Below are positions 29,507 to 38,153 of a DNA stretch of 43,723 nucleotides, in pieces. Numbering within the stretch: the first letter of the stretch is position 1; the number at the start of each line of letters is the position of its first letter. The translations under genes were made by a program, and so were the position numbers. Source of the DNA: Chloroflexota bacterium (lineage in GTDB: Bacteria > Chloroflexota > Dehalococcoidia > Dehalococcoidales > JAUVZV01). The notes under the pieces are model-generated. The model saw only the letters and a list, made by a program, of their open reading frames with translations. It searched no databases and had not been told where the DNA came from. The stretch spans positions 1-43,723 of the forward strand of contig JAUVZV010000003.1 of NCBI GenBank assembly GCA_030602375.1, written 5' to 3'.

Positions 29507-30276
29507 AGCAACCAAGTTTTTCTTTGGCAGGCGAGGTTGCCCTGGTGACTGGAGCCGCCCGTGGCATCGGACAATCTATAGCCCAGGGGCTGGCTGGGGC
29601 TGGTGCTGATGTGGCGATAAGCGATATCAACGCTGCCGGACTTGAGGAAACAGCCAAAGAAATAAAGAAAATTGGTAAAAACTCTCTGGCAATTGAAGCT
29701 GATGTCAGCACCAGAAAAGGCCGTGACAAGATGGTGAAAGAGACCTTGGCTCACTTCGGCAGGATTGATATTCTGGTAAATGATGCTGCCCTGCCACCCC
29801 TCTGGGGGCCTGTGATTGAGACTGATGAGGAAGGCTGGGACAGGATTATGAATACCAACCTCAAAGGGCTCTTCTTCCTCTGCGTAGCGGTAGCAAAAGA
29901 GGTGATGATACCCCAAAAGAGGGGTAACATCATCAACCTGGCTTCCATTGCCAGCTTCAAACCAGTCTGGGGCCAGGGTGCCTATGGTTTCAGTAAGGCT
30001 GCGGTGCTTATGGTAACCCAGATTCTAGCCTCGGAATGGGCAAAGTATGGTATCAGGGTTAATGCCATCGCCCCGAGACTGGTTAAGACCAAAATGACAG
30101 AAATAGTCTGGTCTGACCCGGAAAAGCTGAAAAAGCGACTAGAAAACATTGCCCTGGGACGCATCGCATATCCTGAAGATATGGTCGGGGCGGTTATTTA
30201 CTTTGCCTCTCAGGCTTCTGAATATGTCACCGGGCAGACGCTTCTCCTTGATGGAGGCATCGGCTTTGGACAATGA
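29503..30276 (+). CDS. Classical short-chain dehydrogenase/reductase
   Basis: TGAARGIG, YGFSK and RVNAIAP motifs. Confidence 0.9.
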   Translation: MKQPSFSLAGEVALVTGAARGIGQSIAQGLAGAGADVAISDINAAGLEETAKEIKKIGKNSLAIEADVSTRKGRDKMVKETLAHFGRIDILVNDAALPPLWGPVIETDEEGWDRIMNTNLKGLFFLCVAVAKEVMIPQKRGNIINLASIASFKPVWGQGAYGFSKAAVLMVTQILASEWAKYGIRVNAIAPRLVKTKMTEIVWSDPEKLKKRLENIALGRIAYPEDMVGAVIYFASQASEYVTGQTLLLDGGIGFGQ

Positions 30277-30318
30277 GAACCCTAAAAGCTGAAATTTTAT
30301 TGACTTAAATACAAAACG

Positions 30319-30348
30319 TTGACAAAAACATCTTAGTTCTGTTATAAT
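30319..30348 (+). promoter_or_regulatory. Sigma70 promoter of pan operon
   Basis: TTGACA-18 nt-TATAAT with extended TG. Confidence 0.75.
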
Positions 30349-30400
30349 AATATAACTAAATTGAGCCACCGTCTTTAAGGCGGTGAGTCTTTTTAAGTAA

Positions 30401-30430
30401 GTCGCTTGGATCAGAGATGACCGAGACGGC
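30401..30430 (+). ncRNA. pan RNA motif (cis-regulatory hairpin with two bulged A)
   Basis: GUCG-CUUGG-A-UCA-GAGA-UGA-CCGAG-A-CGGC in the leader of pantothenate genes; matches the described architecture of the pan motif. Confidence 0.75.
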
Positions 30431-30455
30431 CAATAGTTTAGATATGGGTGGTTGA

Positions 30456-30495
30456 GTGCCTTCTCCTGCATTGGCGGGAGAGGGTATTTTTATTT
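30456..30495 (+). terminator. Leader (attenuator) terminator of pan operon
   Basis: GTGCCTTCTCCTGC-ATTG-GCGGGAGAGGGTAT followed by TTTTATTT, upstream of the first gene. Confidence 0.75.
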
Positions 30496-30522
30496 GTATT
30501 TTCAGCTAGATGAAGAACTAAA

Positions 30523-31407
30523 GTGCTCAAATTAGGATTCATTGGGGCGGGAATGGTAGGTACTGCTTTAGCCGTCGGGTTAAAAAGCAAGGGCTATCAG
30601 GTTGCGGCCGTATCCAGCCGAAGCCGGACTTCAGCCCAAAACCTAGCTCAGCAAGTTTCAGGCTGCCAGGTATTTGACACGAGCCAGGGTGTGGCTGAGA
30701 ATGCTGAATTTATCTTTATTACCACCCCCGATAATGCTATTTCAGAAGTGGTATCTTCGGTAAAGTGGCACCCCGGACAAAGTGTGGTTCACTGCAACGG
30801 TGCCGAGTCAACTCAAATTCTGGAGCCGGCCAAGAAACTGGGGGCTAAAGTGGGCACTTTTCACCCCCTACAGACCTTCGCCAGCGTGAAAGAGGCAATC
30901 CAGAATATCCCCGGCTCAACCTTTGCCATCGAAGCCGAAAAACCCTTACTTCCCACCCTCAAGGAGATAGCTTCTTCCCTTGGTGGTGAATTTATAGAGC
31001 TTAAAGCCGGCGACAAGGTGCTCTATCATGCAGCCGCAGTTATCGCCTGTAATTATATGGTAACACTGGTTAAGCTGGCTACTGACCTATGGCAGACTTT
31101 TGGCGTCCCACGCCGCCAAGCGACACGGGCCTTAATGCCACTGCTGCGAGGGACACTGCATAATATTGAGACTATCAGCATACCGAATTGCCTCACCGGC
31201 CCAATCGCCCGCGGTGACAGTGGGACTATAAAAAAGCACCTTGATACCCTGCAAAAAGCAGCGCCTGAACTCGTTTCTGTCTATCGAGAACTTGGACGGC
31301 AAACCATTCCCATTGCTCTAGATAAGGGCAAGATTAATAAACCCGAGGCGGAAAAGATGCAGGCATTATTGGGGCAGCAAAATACAAGCAAAAAGGCAAA
31401 GGGGTGA
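30523..31407 (+). CDS. panG: Rossmann-like + DUF2520 protein, probable ketopantoate reductase PanG
   Basis: FIGAGx[19 protein letters not shown] and LTGPIARGD motifs; first gene of the pan operon, which has no panE. Confidence 0.75.
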   Translation: MLKLGFIGAGMVGTALAVGLKSKGYQVAAVSSRSRTSAQNLAQQVSGCQVFDTSQGVAENAEFIFITTPDNAISEVVSSVKWHPGQSVVHCNGAESTQILEPAKKLGAKVGTFHPLQTFASVKEAIQNIPGSTFAIEAEKPLLPTLKEIASSLGGEFIELKAGDKVLYHAAAVIACNYMVTLVKLATDLWQTFGVPRRQATRALMPLLRGTLHNIETISIPNCLTGPIARGDSGTIKKHLDTLQKAAPELVSVYRELGRQTIPIALDKGKINKPEAEKMQALLGQQNTSKKAKG

Positions 31408-31412
31408 GTCCA

Positions 31413-31790
31413 ATGAGAACGATGCTCAAAAGTAAAATCCACCGTGCCCGTGTTACCCAGGCTAATATTGACTATGAGGGCAGCATTACCATCGACAAAA
31501 GGCTGATGGAGGAGGCTGATATCCTACCCTACGAACAGGTAGAGGTGCTGGATATTAATAACGGGGCTCGCTGTACCACCTATGCCATTGAAGGCAACAG
31601 AGAGAGCGGTGAAATTTGCATCAATGGGGCTGCCGCCAGACTGGTCTTAAAGGGGGACACCATTATTATTCTGTCCTACTCGAAGGTAGAGGATGATGAA
31701 GCCCATAACTTTATGCCCAGGCTAATATACGTTGATGACAAGAATGCTATCACCCACACTAAGCGAACCATCGAGGCAATGCCTTTTTAA
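31413..31790 (+). CDS. panD: Aspartate 1-decarboxylase
   Basis: [17 protein letters not shown] self-cleavage site and NGAAAR. Confidence 0.96.
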   Translation: MRTMLKSKIHRARVTQANIDYEGSITIDKRLMEEADILPYEQVEVLDINNGARCTTYAIEGNRESGEICINGAAARLVLKGDTIIILSYSKVEDDEAHNFMPRLIYVDDKNAITHTKRTIEAMPF

Positions 31791-31800
31791 GGGGGAAATA

Positions 31801-32640
31801 ATGCGCGTTACTATAAATCAAGTAAAAGGGATGAAGAAGAAGGGTGAGAAAATCGCTATGCTCACCGCTTACGACTATTCTACCGCTAAGATAATTGATG
31901 AGGCGGATATACCACTAATCCTGGTTGGGGATAGCCTGGGTATGGTGGTCCTGGGCTACGAAACAACCATCCCGGTAACAATAGAAGAAATGATTCACCA
32001 CACCAAAGCTGTGGTTAGGGGTACCAAAAGGTCACTGATTGTTGGCGATATGCCTTTTATGACCTATCACCTAAGTGCGGAGGATGCCCTGCGTAACGCT
32101 GCCCGTTTTATTCAGGAAGCCGGTTGTCAGGCAGTTAAGCTTGAGGGTGGCGTCACTGTAGCTGAGAAGGTGAGGCGGGTTGTTGACTGCGGCATCCCGG
32201 TTATGGGTCATATTGGGCTTACCCCCCAGTCAATTCACCAGCTTGGCGGCTTTAAAGTTCAGGGCAAAACCCCCGAAGCTGCCATTAAACTGATTAAGGA
32301 TGCCCGGGCTCTGGAAGAGGCTGGGGCTTTTGCCATTGTGCTGGAGACGGTCCCGGCGCAACTGGCAAGCCTTATTACTCAGAAAGTAGACGTCCCTACC
32401 ATTGGCATTGGTGCTGGCATTGGCTGTGATGGCCAGATTCAAATTATCAATGATATCCTCGGTTTATTTACCGACTTTGTCCCCAAACATGCCAAGCAAT
32501 ATACAAAACTTGCCGAGATTATTCATAACGTTGTTAGCGAGTATGCCAGTGAGGTAAAGTCAGGTGGCTTCCCTACCGACCAGAACAGCTTCTTCTTGGA
32601 TGAAAGTGTTGCCGCTGAACTATCCAAATTAACCAAATAA
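31801..32640 (+). CDS. panB: 3-methyl-2-oxobutanoate hydroxymethyltransferase
   Basis: LTAYD, LVGDSLG, DMPF, KLEGG and GHIGLTPQ motifs; ATG 31801 after AGGGGG SD. Confidence 0.97.
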   Translation: MRVTINQVKGMKKKGEKIAMLTAYDYSTAKIIDEADIPLILVGDSLGMVVLGYETTIPVTIEEMIHHTKAVVRGTKRSLIVGDMPFMTYHLSAEDALRNAARFIQEAGCQAVKLEGGVTVAEKVRRVVDCGIPVMGHIGLTPQSIHQLGGFKVQGKTPEAAIKLIKDARALEEAGAFAIVLETVPAQLASLITQKVDVPTIGIGAGIGCDGQIQIINDILGLFTDFVPKHAKQYTKLAEIIHNVVSEYASEVKSGGFPTDQNSFFLDESVAAELSKLTK

Positions 32641-32655
32641 GATATATTGCTCCTT

Positions 32656-33489
32656 ATGCAAGTTGTCAAAACAATCAGCGAGATACGAAAAATAAGACCA
32701 AAGCTTGCCGAACCAGTAGGCTTTGTTCCCACCATGGGTTACCTGCATCAAGGGCATCTATCTTTAGTAAGATATGCCAGAGTTGAAAACCGTTCACTAG
32801 TGGTCAGTATCTTTGTTAATCCCACCCAATTTGGTCCCAGTGAGGATTTTGAGCGATACCCGCGTGACACCGAATGCGACCTGGCATTACTGGAAAACGA
32901 AAGGGTAGATATCGTCTTTATGCCATCAGCAGCAGAGATGTATCCGCCGCGGTTTAATAGCTGGGTAGAAGTCAGCCACGTAACCGAAAGACTTGAGGGA
33001 GCGTCTCGACCCGGGCACTTTAAGGGGGTAACCACTGTTGTTTGTAAGCTATTCAACATTCTCCAGCCCAATGTTGCCTACTTCGGACAGAAAGATGCCC
33101 AGCAGGCACTGGTTATCAAAAAGATGGTAGCTGAGCTTAATATGGACCTGAAGATAGTTACCCTGCCCACAGTGCGTGAGAGCGACGGTCTGGCGATGAG
33201 CAGTCGTAATACTTACCTTAACCCCAAAGAGCGCCAGGCAGCTCTGGTTCTCCACCAGGCGCTCAACTTAGCCCAAAAGCTATTCTCAGAGGGTGAAAGA
33301 GACGCTAGTCGTCTTCGCCGGGAGATGTTAAGTTTAATCGGGAAAGAGCCACTGGCAAAACCTGACTATGTCAGTGTTGCTGATACCGAAACCCTTGAGG
33401 AGTTAGATACCCTAACTTTGCCGGCTTTAGTATCACTGGCAGTAAAAATCGGTAAGACGAGACTCATAGATAATGTAATGCTGGAATAA
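32656..33489 (+). CDS. panC: Pantoate-beta-alanine ligase
   Basis: VPTMGYLHQGH, SIFVNPTQF, RPGHF, FGQKDAQQ, GLAMSSRN and RLIDN motifs. Confidence 0.97.
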   Translation: MQVVKTISEIRKIRPKLAEPVGFVPTMGYLHQGHLSLVRYARVENRSLVVSIFVNPTQFGPSEDFERYPRDTECDLALLENERVDIVFMPSAAEMYPPRFNSWVEVSHVTERLEGASRPGHFKGVTTVVCKLFNILQPNVAYFGQKDAQQALVIKKMVAELNMDLKIVTLPTVRESDGLAMSSRNTYLNPKERQAALVLHQALNLAQKLFSEGERDASRLRREMLSLIGKEPLAKPDYVSVADTETLEELDTLTLPALVSLAVKIGKTRLIDNVMLE

Positions 33490-33514
33490 CCGTTTGTGTG
33501 TCCTGCAGATTTAG

Positions 33515-33547
33515 AAGAGTGCAGTTTTAGCTTCACTCTTATTTTAT
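33515..33547 (+). terminator. Probable terminator after panC
   Basis: AAGAGTG...CACTCTT stem followed by ATTTTAT. Confidence 0.5.
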
Positions 33548-33554
33548 GTAAAGT

Positions 33555-33667
33555 ACACCCTATTCCCTAATCAGTGTCATCATGCCCAGCATTGCCAGAA
33601 AGGCAAGCCCGGCACCAAGGAAAAATGGGGCGGCTGGGTTTATAACCTGTCACAAAGGCTCGGCTAC
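33555..33667 (-). pseudogene. Duplicated 3' end of the MFS gene at 38154-39386
   Basis: 33555-33655 matches 38149-38249 with 7 mismatches in 101 bp, encoding ...INPAAPFFLGAGLAFLAMLGMMTLIRE*. 33651-33667 then matches ~38349-38366. Confidence 0.9.
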
Positions 33668-33780
33668 TTAAAGTGTCCGTAATCCTAATCCCACAATCTG
33701 CACCATTTATACTGACGACTTACACTGTTAGCCAAGACCAATGGTTTTATTAATTAACGACGGTTTGGTTAGCTGATGTG

Positions 33781-34689
33781 TTAGTTCTCTTTAAGCCATC
33801 GAGAGGCCAGTTCTTGATAATAGCTCCCCAGAGTGTGCCTACCTATTGCAGGGGCAACGCCATCACCTTGTCCTGCCGCTATAAAGAACTCAGCGAGATC
33901 TGACATCTGTTTGTTAAATGGCCGAATCACTCTTGTGGCAAGCCTAGCCAGCCAGGGTGGTATTAGCGTGATCTTCGGGTTTTTCCCGAACGTTGCAAAA
34001 GCAAGTTCGGCAATTTCCTTAAGACTATATATCACAGGGCCACCGACAGGTATTTCATGTTCTTTGCCAGTAACGGCATCGACACAAACAGCAGCCAGGT
34101 CAGCACCATGTATGGGATTTATTCTGTTCCCGCCGTCCCCAATCATGTAGACCCTTCCTGATTTCGCCATCTTAAGGGATTCACTCATGTCTGAGAAATA
34201 GCCAGTTGGACGAATGATAGCATACTCGAGTCCAGAATCTTGCAAGTCCCTAACAAAATCCTCATGAGCCTTAACAATTTCCAGGTACTCAAACATATGG
34301 GCATTGAATACTGAGACATAAATAAACTTCTTAACAGATTTTGTCAGTGCAATATCGAGGATGTTCTTGTTTCCTTGATAATCAACGTCCCGATAAGTAA
34401 GTTTGTCCTTCTGACGGGTAATACCAATCGAAGAAAATACGATATCAATGCCATCACAAAGACCGTGCAGTGTTTCAGGTTTAGCAACCTCTCCAACGAA
34501 GATTTCGTCTATTTGGCCCCTCACGGCAGGCTCCAAGAATGGGCCAATTTGCTCAAGTTTTTTGGGATTTCGTGCCAGTGCCCGAACCCAATAACCCCGC
34601 TTTTTGAATTCCCGAACAACGAATTTCCCAAGATAGCCGGTAGATCCCGCAATCAGTACTCTCAGCATTTGACCTGTTCTCTCTGGCAT
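33781..34689 (-). CDS. Atypical SDR / NmrA-like NAD(P)H-binding protein
   Basis: VLIAGSTGYLG, VDYQGN, IIRPTGYF and PIHGADLA motifs. Start may be ATG 34668. Confidence 0.87.
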   Translation of the reverse strand: MPERTGQMLRVLIAGSTGYLGKFVVREFKKRGYWVRALARNPKKLEQIGPFLEPAVRGQIDEIFVGEVAKPETLHGLCDGIDIVFSSIGITRQKDKLTYRDVDYQGNKNILDIALTKSVKKFIYVSVFNAHMFEYLEIVKAHEDFVRDLQDSGLEYAIIRPTGYFSDMSESLKMAKSGRVYMIGDGGNRINPIHGADLAAVCVDAVTGKEHEIPVGGPVIYSLKEIAELAFATFGKNPKITLIPPWLARLATRVIRPFNKQMSDLAEFFIAAGQGDGVAPAIGRHTLGSYYQELASRWLKEN

Positions 34690-34914
34690 ACTCGTATCAC
34701 CACATTAAAACCGGCATCCAGCATTGTCAATCCTAATGCAACACGCCTGTGATTTACAAAGAATGGAAGTAGTATTTCCAGGCGTCCATTAGGGTCAGTC
34801 CTTCCTACCGCTTGGCCGTCTAAAGTTACGACAGCCCCTCAACTGGTGAACCATGATCCGTGACCATCAGAATAACGCCTACGTTCAGACCGAGTTCGCC
34901 TTCAAGCGGGCATC

Positions 34915-34942
34915 TTGACAAGCTAGTACTCTCATCTATAAT
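34915..34942 (+). promoter_or_regulatory. Sigma70 promoter
   Basis: TTGACA-16 nt-TATAAT, followed by AAGGAAAGGGG SD. Confidence 0.7.
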
Positions 34943-34960
34943 TAAGGAAAGGGGTGTTAA

Positions 34961-35542
34961 ATGCGAAAGTGCCCTAATTGTGCTCAGGTAACCGCAAGAA
35001 CCAAGGATGGGGCATGCCGATGGTGTGGTTATCCCCTGTTATCGGAGAAATACGAAGAGATACCCTTAACCTATAAACAACTGCGAGAAGAGAGATGGCA
35101 TAAGCAGAAATCACCTCTGAGGGAGCAAACTGGGCCACCTACTCTACCCAATCATAGCACTTTAGCGCCAACACAGGCGCCGGAGTCTCAACCTGAACCG
35201 ATGTCTGAGAAAGAACCCGATCTGATACCAGAGTCTGAACGTGGGCTAATAGTGACCCCTGTAGAGATAACCGTTGAAGAATTGTATTCATTGGTCGCGA
35301 TGCAGACTTTTAAGGTAACGGGGGTAGTGGACAAAATAGTATTACATGATAGCTATGATATTTACTATATTATTCTGACTAGTGCTGAAAACACGTTAGA
35401 ACTGAACGTCCAGTGTACGTTTGACAAGAAGCATATACCTGAACTGAACCAGTTGACAAGAGGACAAACCGTGACAGTGCAGGGCAAATACGCTGGCTAC
35501 ATAGTAAACATGCTTATGAGAGATTGTATTTTAGTTCACTGA
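34961..35542 (+). CDS. Zinc-ribbon + Pro/Glu linker + OB-fold (tRNA_anti-like) protein
   Basis: N-terminal CPNC-x11-CRWCGYPL; C-terminal 'ITVEELY...KVTGVVDKI...VQCTF...L..GQTVTVQGKYAG...MRDC' OB-fold pattern. Confidence 0.7.
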   Translation: MRKCPNCAQVTARTKDGACRWCGYPLLSEKYEEIPLTYKQLREERWHKQKSPLREQTGPPTLPNHSTLAPTQAPESQPEPMSEKEPDLIPESERGLIVTPVEITVEELYSLVAMQTFKVTGVVDKIVLHDSYDIYYIILTSAENTLELNVQCTFDKKHIPELNQLTRGQTVTVQGKYAGYIVNMLMRDCILVH

Positions 35543-35771
35543 AAATGTTTCCAGCTACAATGCTACTTTCCCGCCACCCCCCTTTCCAAAGTCGCAATTA
35601 CATCGCGCACGCACAGGAGTCAGTTTATTGATGCAAGTTAGCTACCAAGGTGAATAGTGGCTGGTTGTGGTCTATTGTTTTGCGCCATTGTGTTTTTGGT
35701 TGACAGAAGTGTATAATGAAATATTAAAACTGAGCATTTGGAAGCTGAAGTAGGCGTACTTAGGTGACAAA

Positions 35772-36725
35772 ATGTCAAAATGTCGTAACTGTGGTAGAAA
35801 AGCTTACTACGACGACTTCTGCCAATGGTGTCATTACCCCCTGAGCGGACGCAGACTTCCCTGGCAAGCAAGGAGGATGACGCCGCTTAAGAAACTTGCT
35901 ACACAGGTCGAACTGAAGGCTGAGCAGATTACTAAGGTGGACAAAAAGGCTGTGGAGGTATGGACCACGGCTATGGGCAAAAAAGAGGATAAGGCGATGG
36001 AGCAGATTGCTGAACAAGCAGCGCATACCAAAGTCGACTCCTTCGAGCTGGAGAGGCATCGTCATGGGGTACCGGGAGGGGTTGAAGTGATGGACAAAAT
36101 AAAGGTTTTTGTCATCGACAGTCAGGGGCTTTTCCGCCAAGGCCTTCGCCTACTCCTTTCCCAAACCGACAATATTGAACTGATTGGTGAATCTGACTTC
36201 CTAGAAGACACAATAGCGATTATTGAAGAGCTTGCGCCCGACATAGTAATCATAGATATCAAATTACCCTCGCTGAGCGGGCTTGATTTGGCACAGCGTG
36301 TGAGGCAGCGTTTGCCACGCATATCACTAATCATGCTCACGCCGTACGAGGACCATAGCCAAATCCTTGAGGCACTCAAAGCTGGAGTAGCCGCATACCT
36401 GAGTAAGAGCATCACCCCCGAAGGACTTGTCAGCGCTATTCGGAGAATCTTTAAGGGGGAACACATTGTCGACGAGCTCCTTCGCAGGCCGAGTGTTGCC
36501 CCGCGGGTGTTGATGCACCTTCAAGGCATGCAAAAGAAAGGCCTAATTAAACCTCTTAGCCCTCAAGAGATAGAGACGCTAATCCACTTTGCCAACGGCC
36601 ATTCGCTTAAGCGGATCGCTGATACTATAGGTGTGAGCGAGCAAGAGATTATAAATCACACGGCTTCTATTTTGTCAAAACTTGCTGCTAACGGAGTGGG
36701 CCCAGCTAACAGCACCGCTGCTTGA
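35772..36725 (+). CDS. NarL/LuxR-type response regulator with N-terminal zinc-ribbon extension
   Basis: CRNC-x9-CQWCHYPL, then a REC domain (DIVIID, MLT, YLSK) and a LuxR-like HTH (LSPQE..IADTIGVSEQ..NH). Confidence 0.8.
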   Translation: MSKCRNCGRKAYYDDFCQWCHYPLSGRRLPWQARRMTPLKKLATQVELKAEQITKVDKKAVEVWTTAMGKKEDKAMEQIAEQAAHTKVDSFELERHRHGVPGGVEVMDKIKVFVIDSQGLFRQGLRLLLSQTDNIELIGESDFLEDTIAIIEELAPDIVIIDIKLPSLSGLDLAQRVRQRLPRISLIMLTPYEDHSQILEALKAGVAAYLSKSITPEGLVSAIRRIFKGEHIVDELLRRPSVAPRVLMHLQGMQKKGLIKPLSPQEIETLIHFANGHSLKRIADTIGVSEQEIINHTASILSKLAANGVGPANSTAA

Positions 36726-36993
36726 TGGCAGACAGAATCGTGATAGTGTTTAGGCACTTAGCGGGCTTGACGCGTAGAACAGGATTATCACGGACATGTC
36801 TCCCTCCAATCATCGAATCAATCTGCACCCTGACCCTAGCTTAGTAACACTGGATTGTGGCTAGCGAAACAGGCTTAACTGGAGATTACTTTTTCTTTGA
36901 ACTGGAAAGAGAACGATCCACAGTGTGGAGGAAGTCATTAATAAGAATCACAGACGCTACTTAAGTGGCACTAGTCCGGGTTGAGCTGAGGGG

Positions 36994-38070
36994 TTACCCT
37001 GTATTATCCTCCCTAAGCACTACGGCGAGCATTGTTTGCGGTTCCTCTAGCACGTCATGACTTAGTATCTTTGCCAAACCCCCCGAATACTCCTCTACCT
37101 TCTGGTAGTCTTCTACCACTCTTTCCACATTTGGCATTTCTAGCAATATCGAAACCAACGGGGTGGGCTCGCCTAACGACAAATCTATGATGCCCCCACC
37201 CGTATTAGTACGTGTGTCCAGTAGAATGCATCCGCCACGGATGTTATGCAACCGCTGCCGCAGCTGTTCCATCCATGATGGCCCAGCTCCCTGAGGGACA
37301 GCCAGTATTACTTTGCCACTGTACATGATAGGACTAATTTCCTTCGGAGCCACAGCATCGGCTTCGACACTTTGAGGTGCCAGTTCGCCTTCAATTCCAA
37401 CGCCGGTCAGGTGAGGCTCTGGAGTGCTATCAAGTGTCTTCTCACTTTCGTCAACTTTTGCCAATTCAGGAACGTGCTCCTCCGCTGGCACTGTTTCTTG
37501 GTCTCTGGTATCGGAGGGGGTTTCAACACCTTTAAATGGTGAAGTTGACAGCTCCTTGAGAACGGAGTTTATACTTTCGATAAGAGCACTGCGGCTCTTC
37601 TTGGTCTGGTCTATCATTTCTTCAGCTCTGCGTTGAGCTTCCAAGAGAACGGAGTTTGCGCCTTCGATAGCAGTACTCCAACTCTTCTTGGCTTGTTTGA
37701 CCATTTCTTCAGCTTTGTGGTGGGCTTCCTCGACTATTTTAGCCTTTTCCGCTTCAGCTTCCTGTTTCACTTCTTCCTTAATGTACTCGGAAATCTGGCG
37801 GGTCTCCTCTACCATTCTCTCAATCGTCTGAAAAAGCCTCTGACTAGACAGAGCAAGCTCTATACGTTTAAGAGCAGCTTCACTTGAACCTGCGACTGTC
37901 TCAAGAAAAGCCATCACCTCATCTGGGTCTAGACCATTTTTGACTTTACGAAATTCTCTGCCGAGCAATTCCTTAACCTGACGCTGTATCGCAGTGTCTG
38001 ATTTTGGTGAACTCTTCTCTTCAGGTTTGGTCTCTGAATTGATCCTGTCTACTGACCTAAATGCATCCAC
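36994..38070 (-). CDS. DivIVA-domain coiled-coil protein with extra C-terminal domain
   Basis: REFRKVKNGLDPDEVMAFL DivIVA-like motif followed by a coiled coil. Start placed at GTG 38070 because a promoter lies inside the track's 5' extension (track start 38115). Confidence 0.7.
   Translation of the reverse strand: MDAFRSVDRINSETKPEEKSSPKSDTAIQRQVKELLGREFRKVKNGLDPDEVMAFLETVAGSSEAALKRIELALSSQRLFQTIERMVEETRQISEYIKEEVKQEAEAEKAKIVEEAHHKAEEMVKQAKKSWSTAIEGANSVLLEAQRRAEEMIDQTKKSRSALIESINSVLKELSTSPFKGVETPSDTRDQETVPAEEHVPELAKVDESEKTLDSTPEPHLTGVGIEGELAPQSVEADAVAPKEISPIMYSGKVILAVPQGAGPSWMEQLRQRLHNIRGGCILLDTRTNTGGGIIDLSLGEPTPLVSILLEMPNVERVVEDYQKVEEYSGGLAKILSHDVLEEPQTMLAVVLREDNTG
37555..37728 (-). repeat. 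Two 87-nt (29-aa) tandem repeats within DivIVA-like CDS
   Basis: EAHHKAEEMVKQAKKSWSTAIEGANSVLL / EAQRRAEEMIDQTKKSRSALIESINSVLK. Confidence 0.8.
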
Positions 38071-38077
38071 GGTTGTT

Positions 38078-38106
38078 ATAATAACAGCGCCATCGTATAA
38101 AGTCAA
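38078..38106 (-). promoter_or_regulatory. Sigma70 promoter, probably leaderless
   Basis: TTGACT-17 nt-TATTAT; in-frame GTG follows 7 nt after the -10 box. Confidence 0.55.
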
Positions 38107-38153
38107 CAGTGCCATGCTACATCATGTGTAACGGTAGCAAAAAGCTGGACACC

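Larger units (their letters stand above)
33668..38148. mobile_element. Putative inserted accessory segment between duplicated MFS 3' ends
   Basis: Four non-core genes bracketed by a 101-bp direct repeat; no integrase or transposase inside. Confidence 0.45.

Noticed and set aside
33527-33554. TTATGTAAAGT resembling the XerD arm of a dif site
   Set aside because: No XerC-like arm 6 nt upstream; that position is occupied by the panC terminator.
33725-33780. GCTAAC boxes after the NmrA-like gene suggesting an integron attC site
   Set aside because: Both boxes face the same way, there is no complementary GTTRRRY end or long dyad, and no integron integrase is present.
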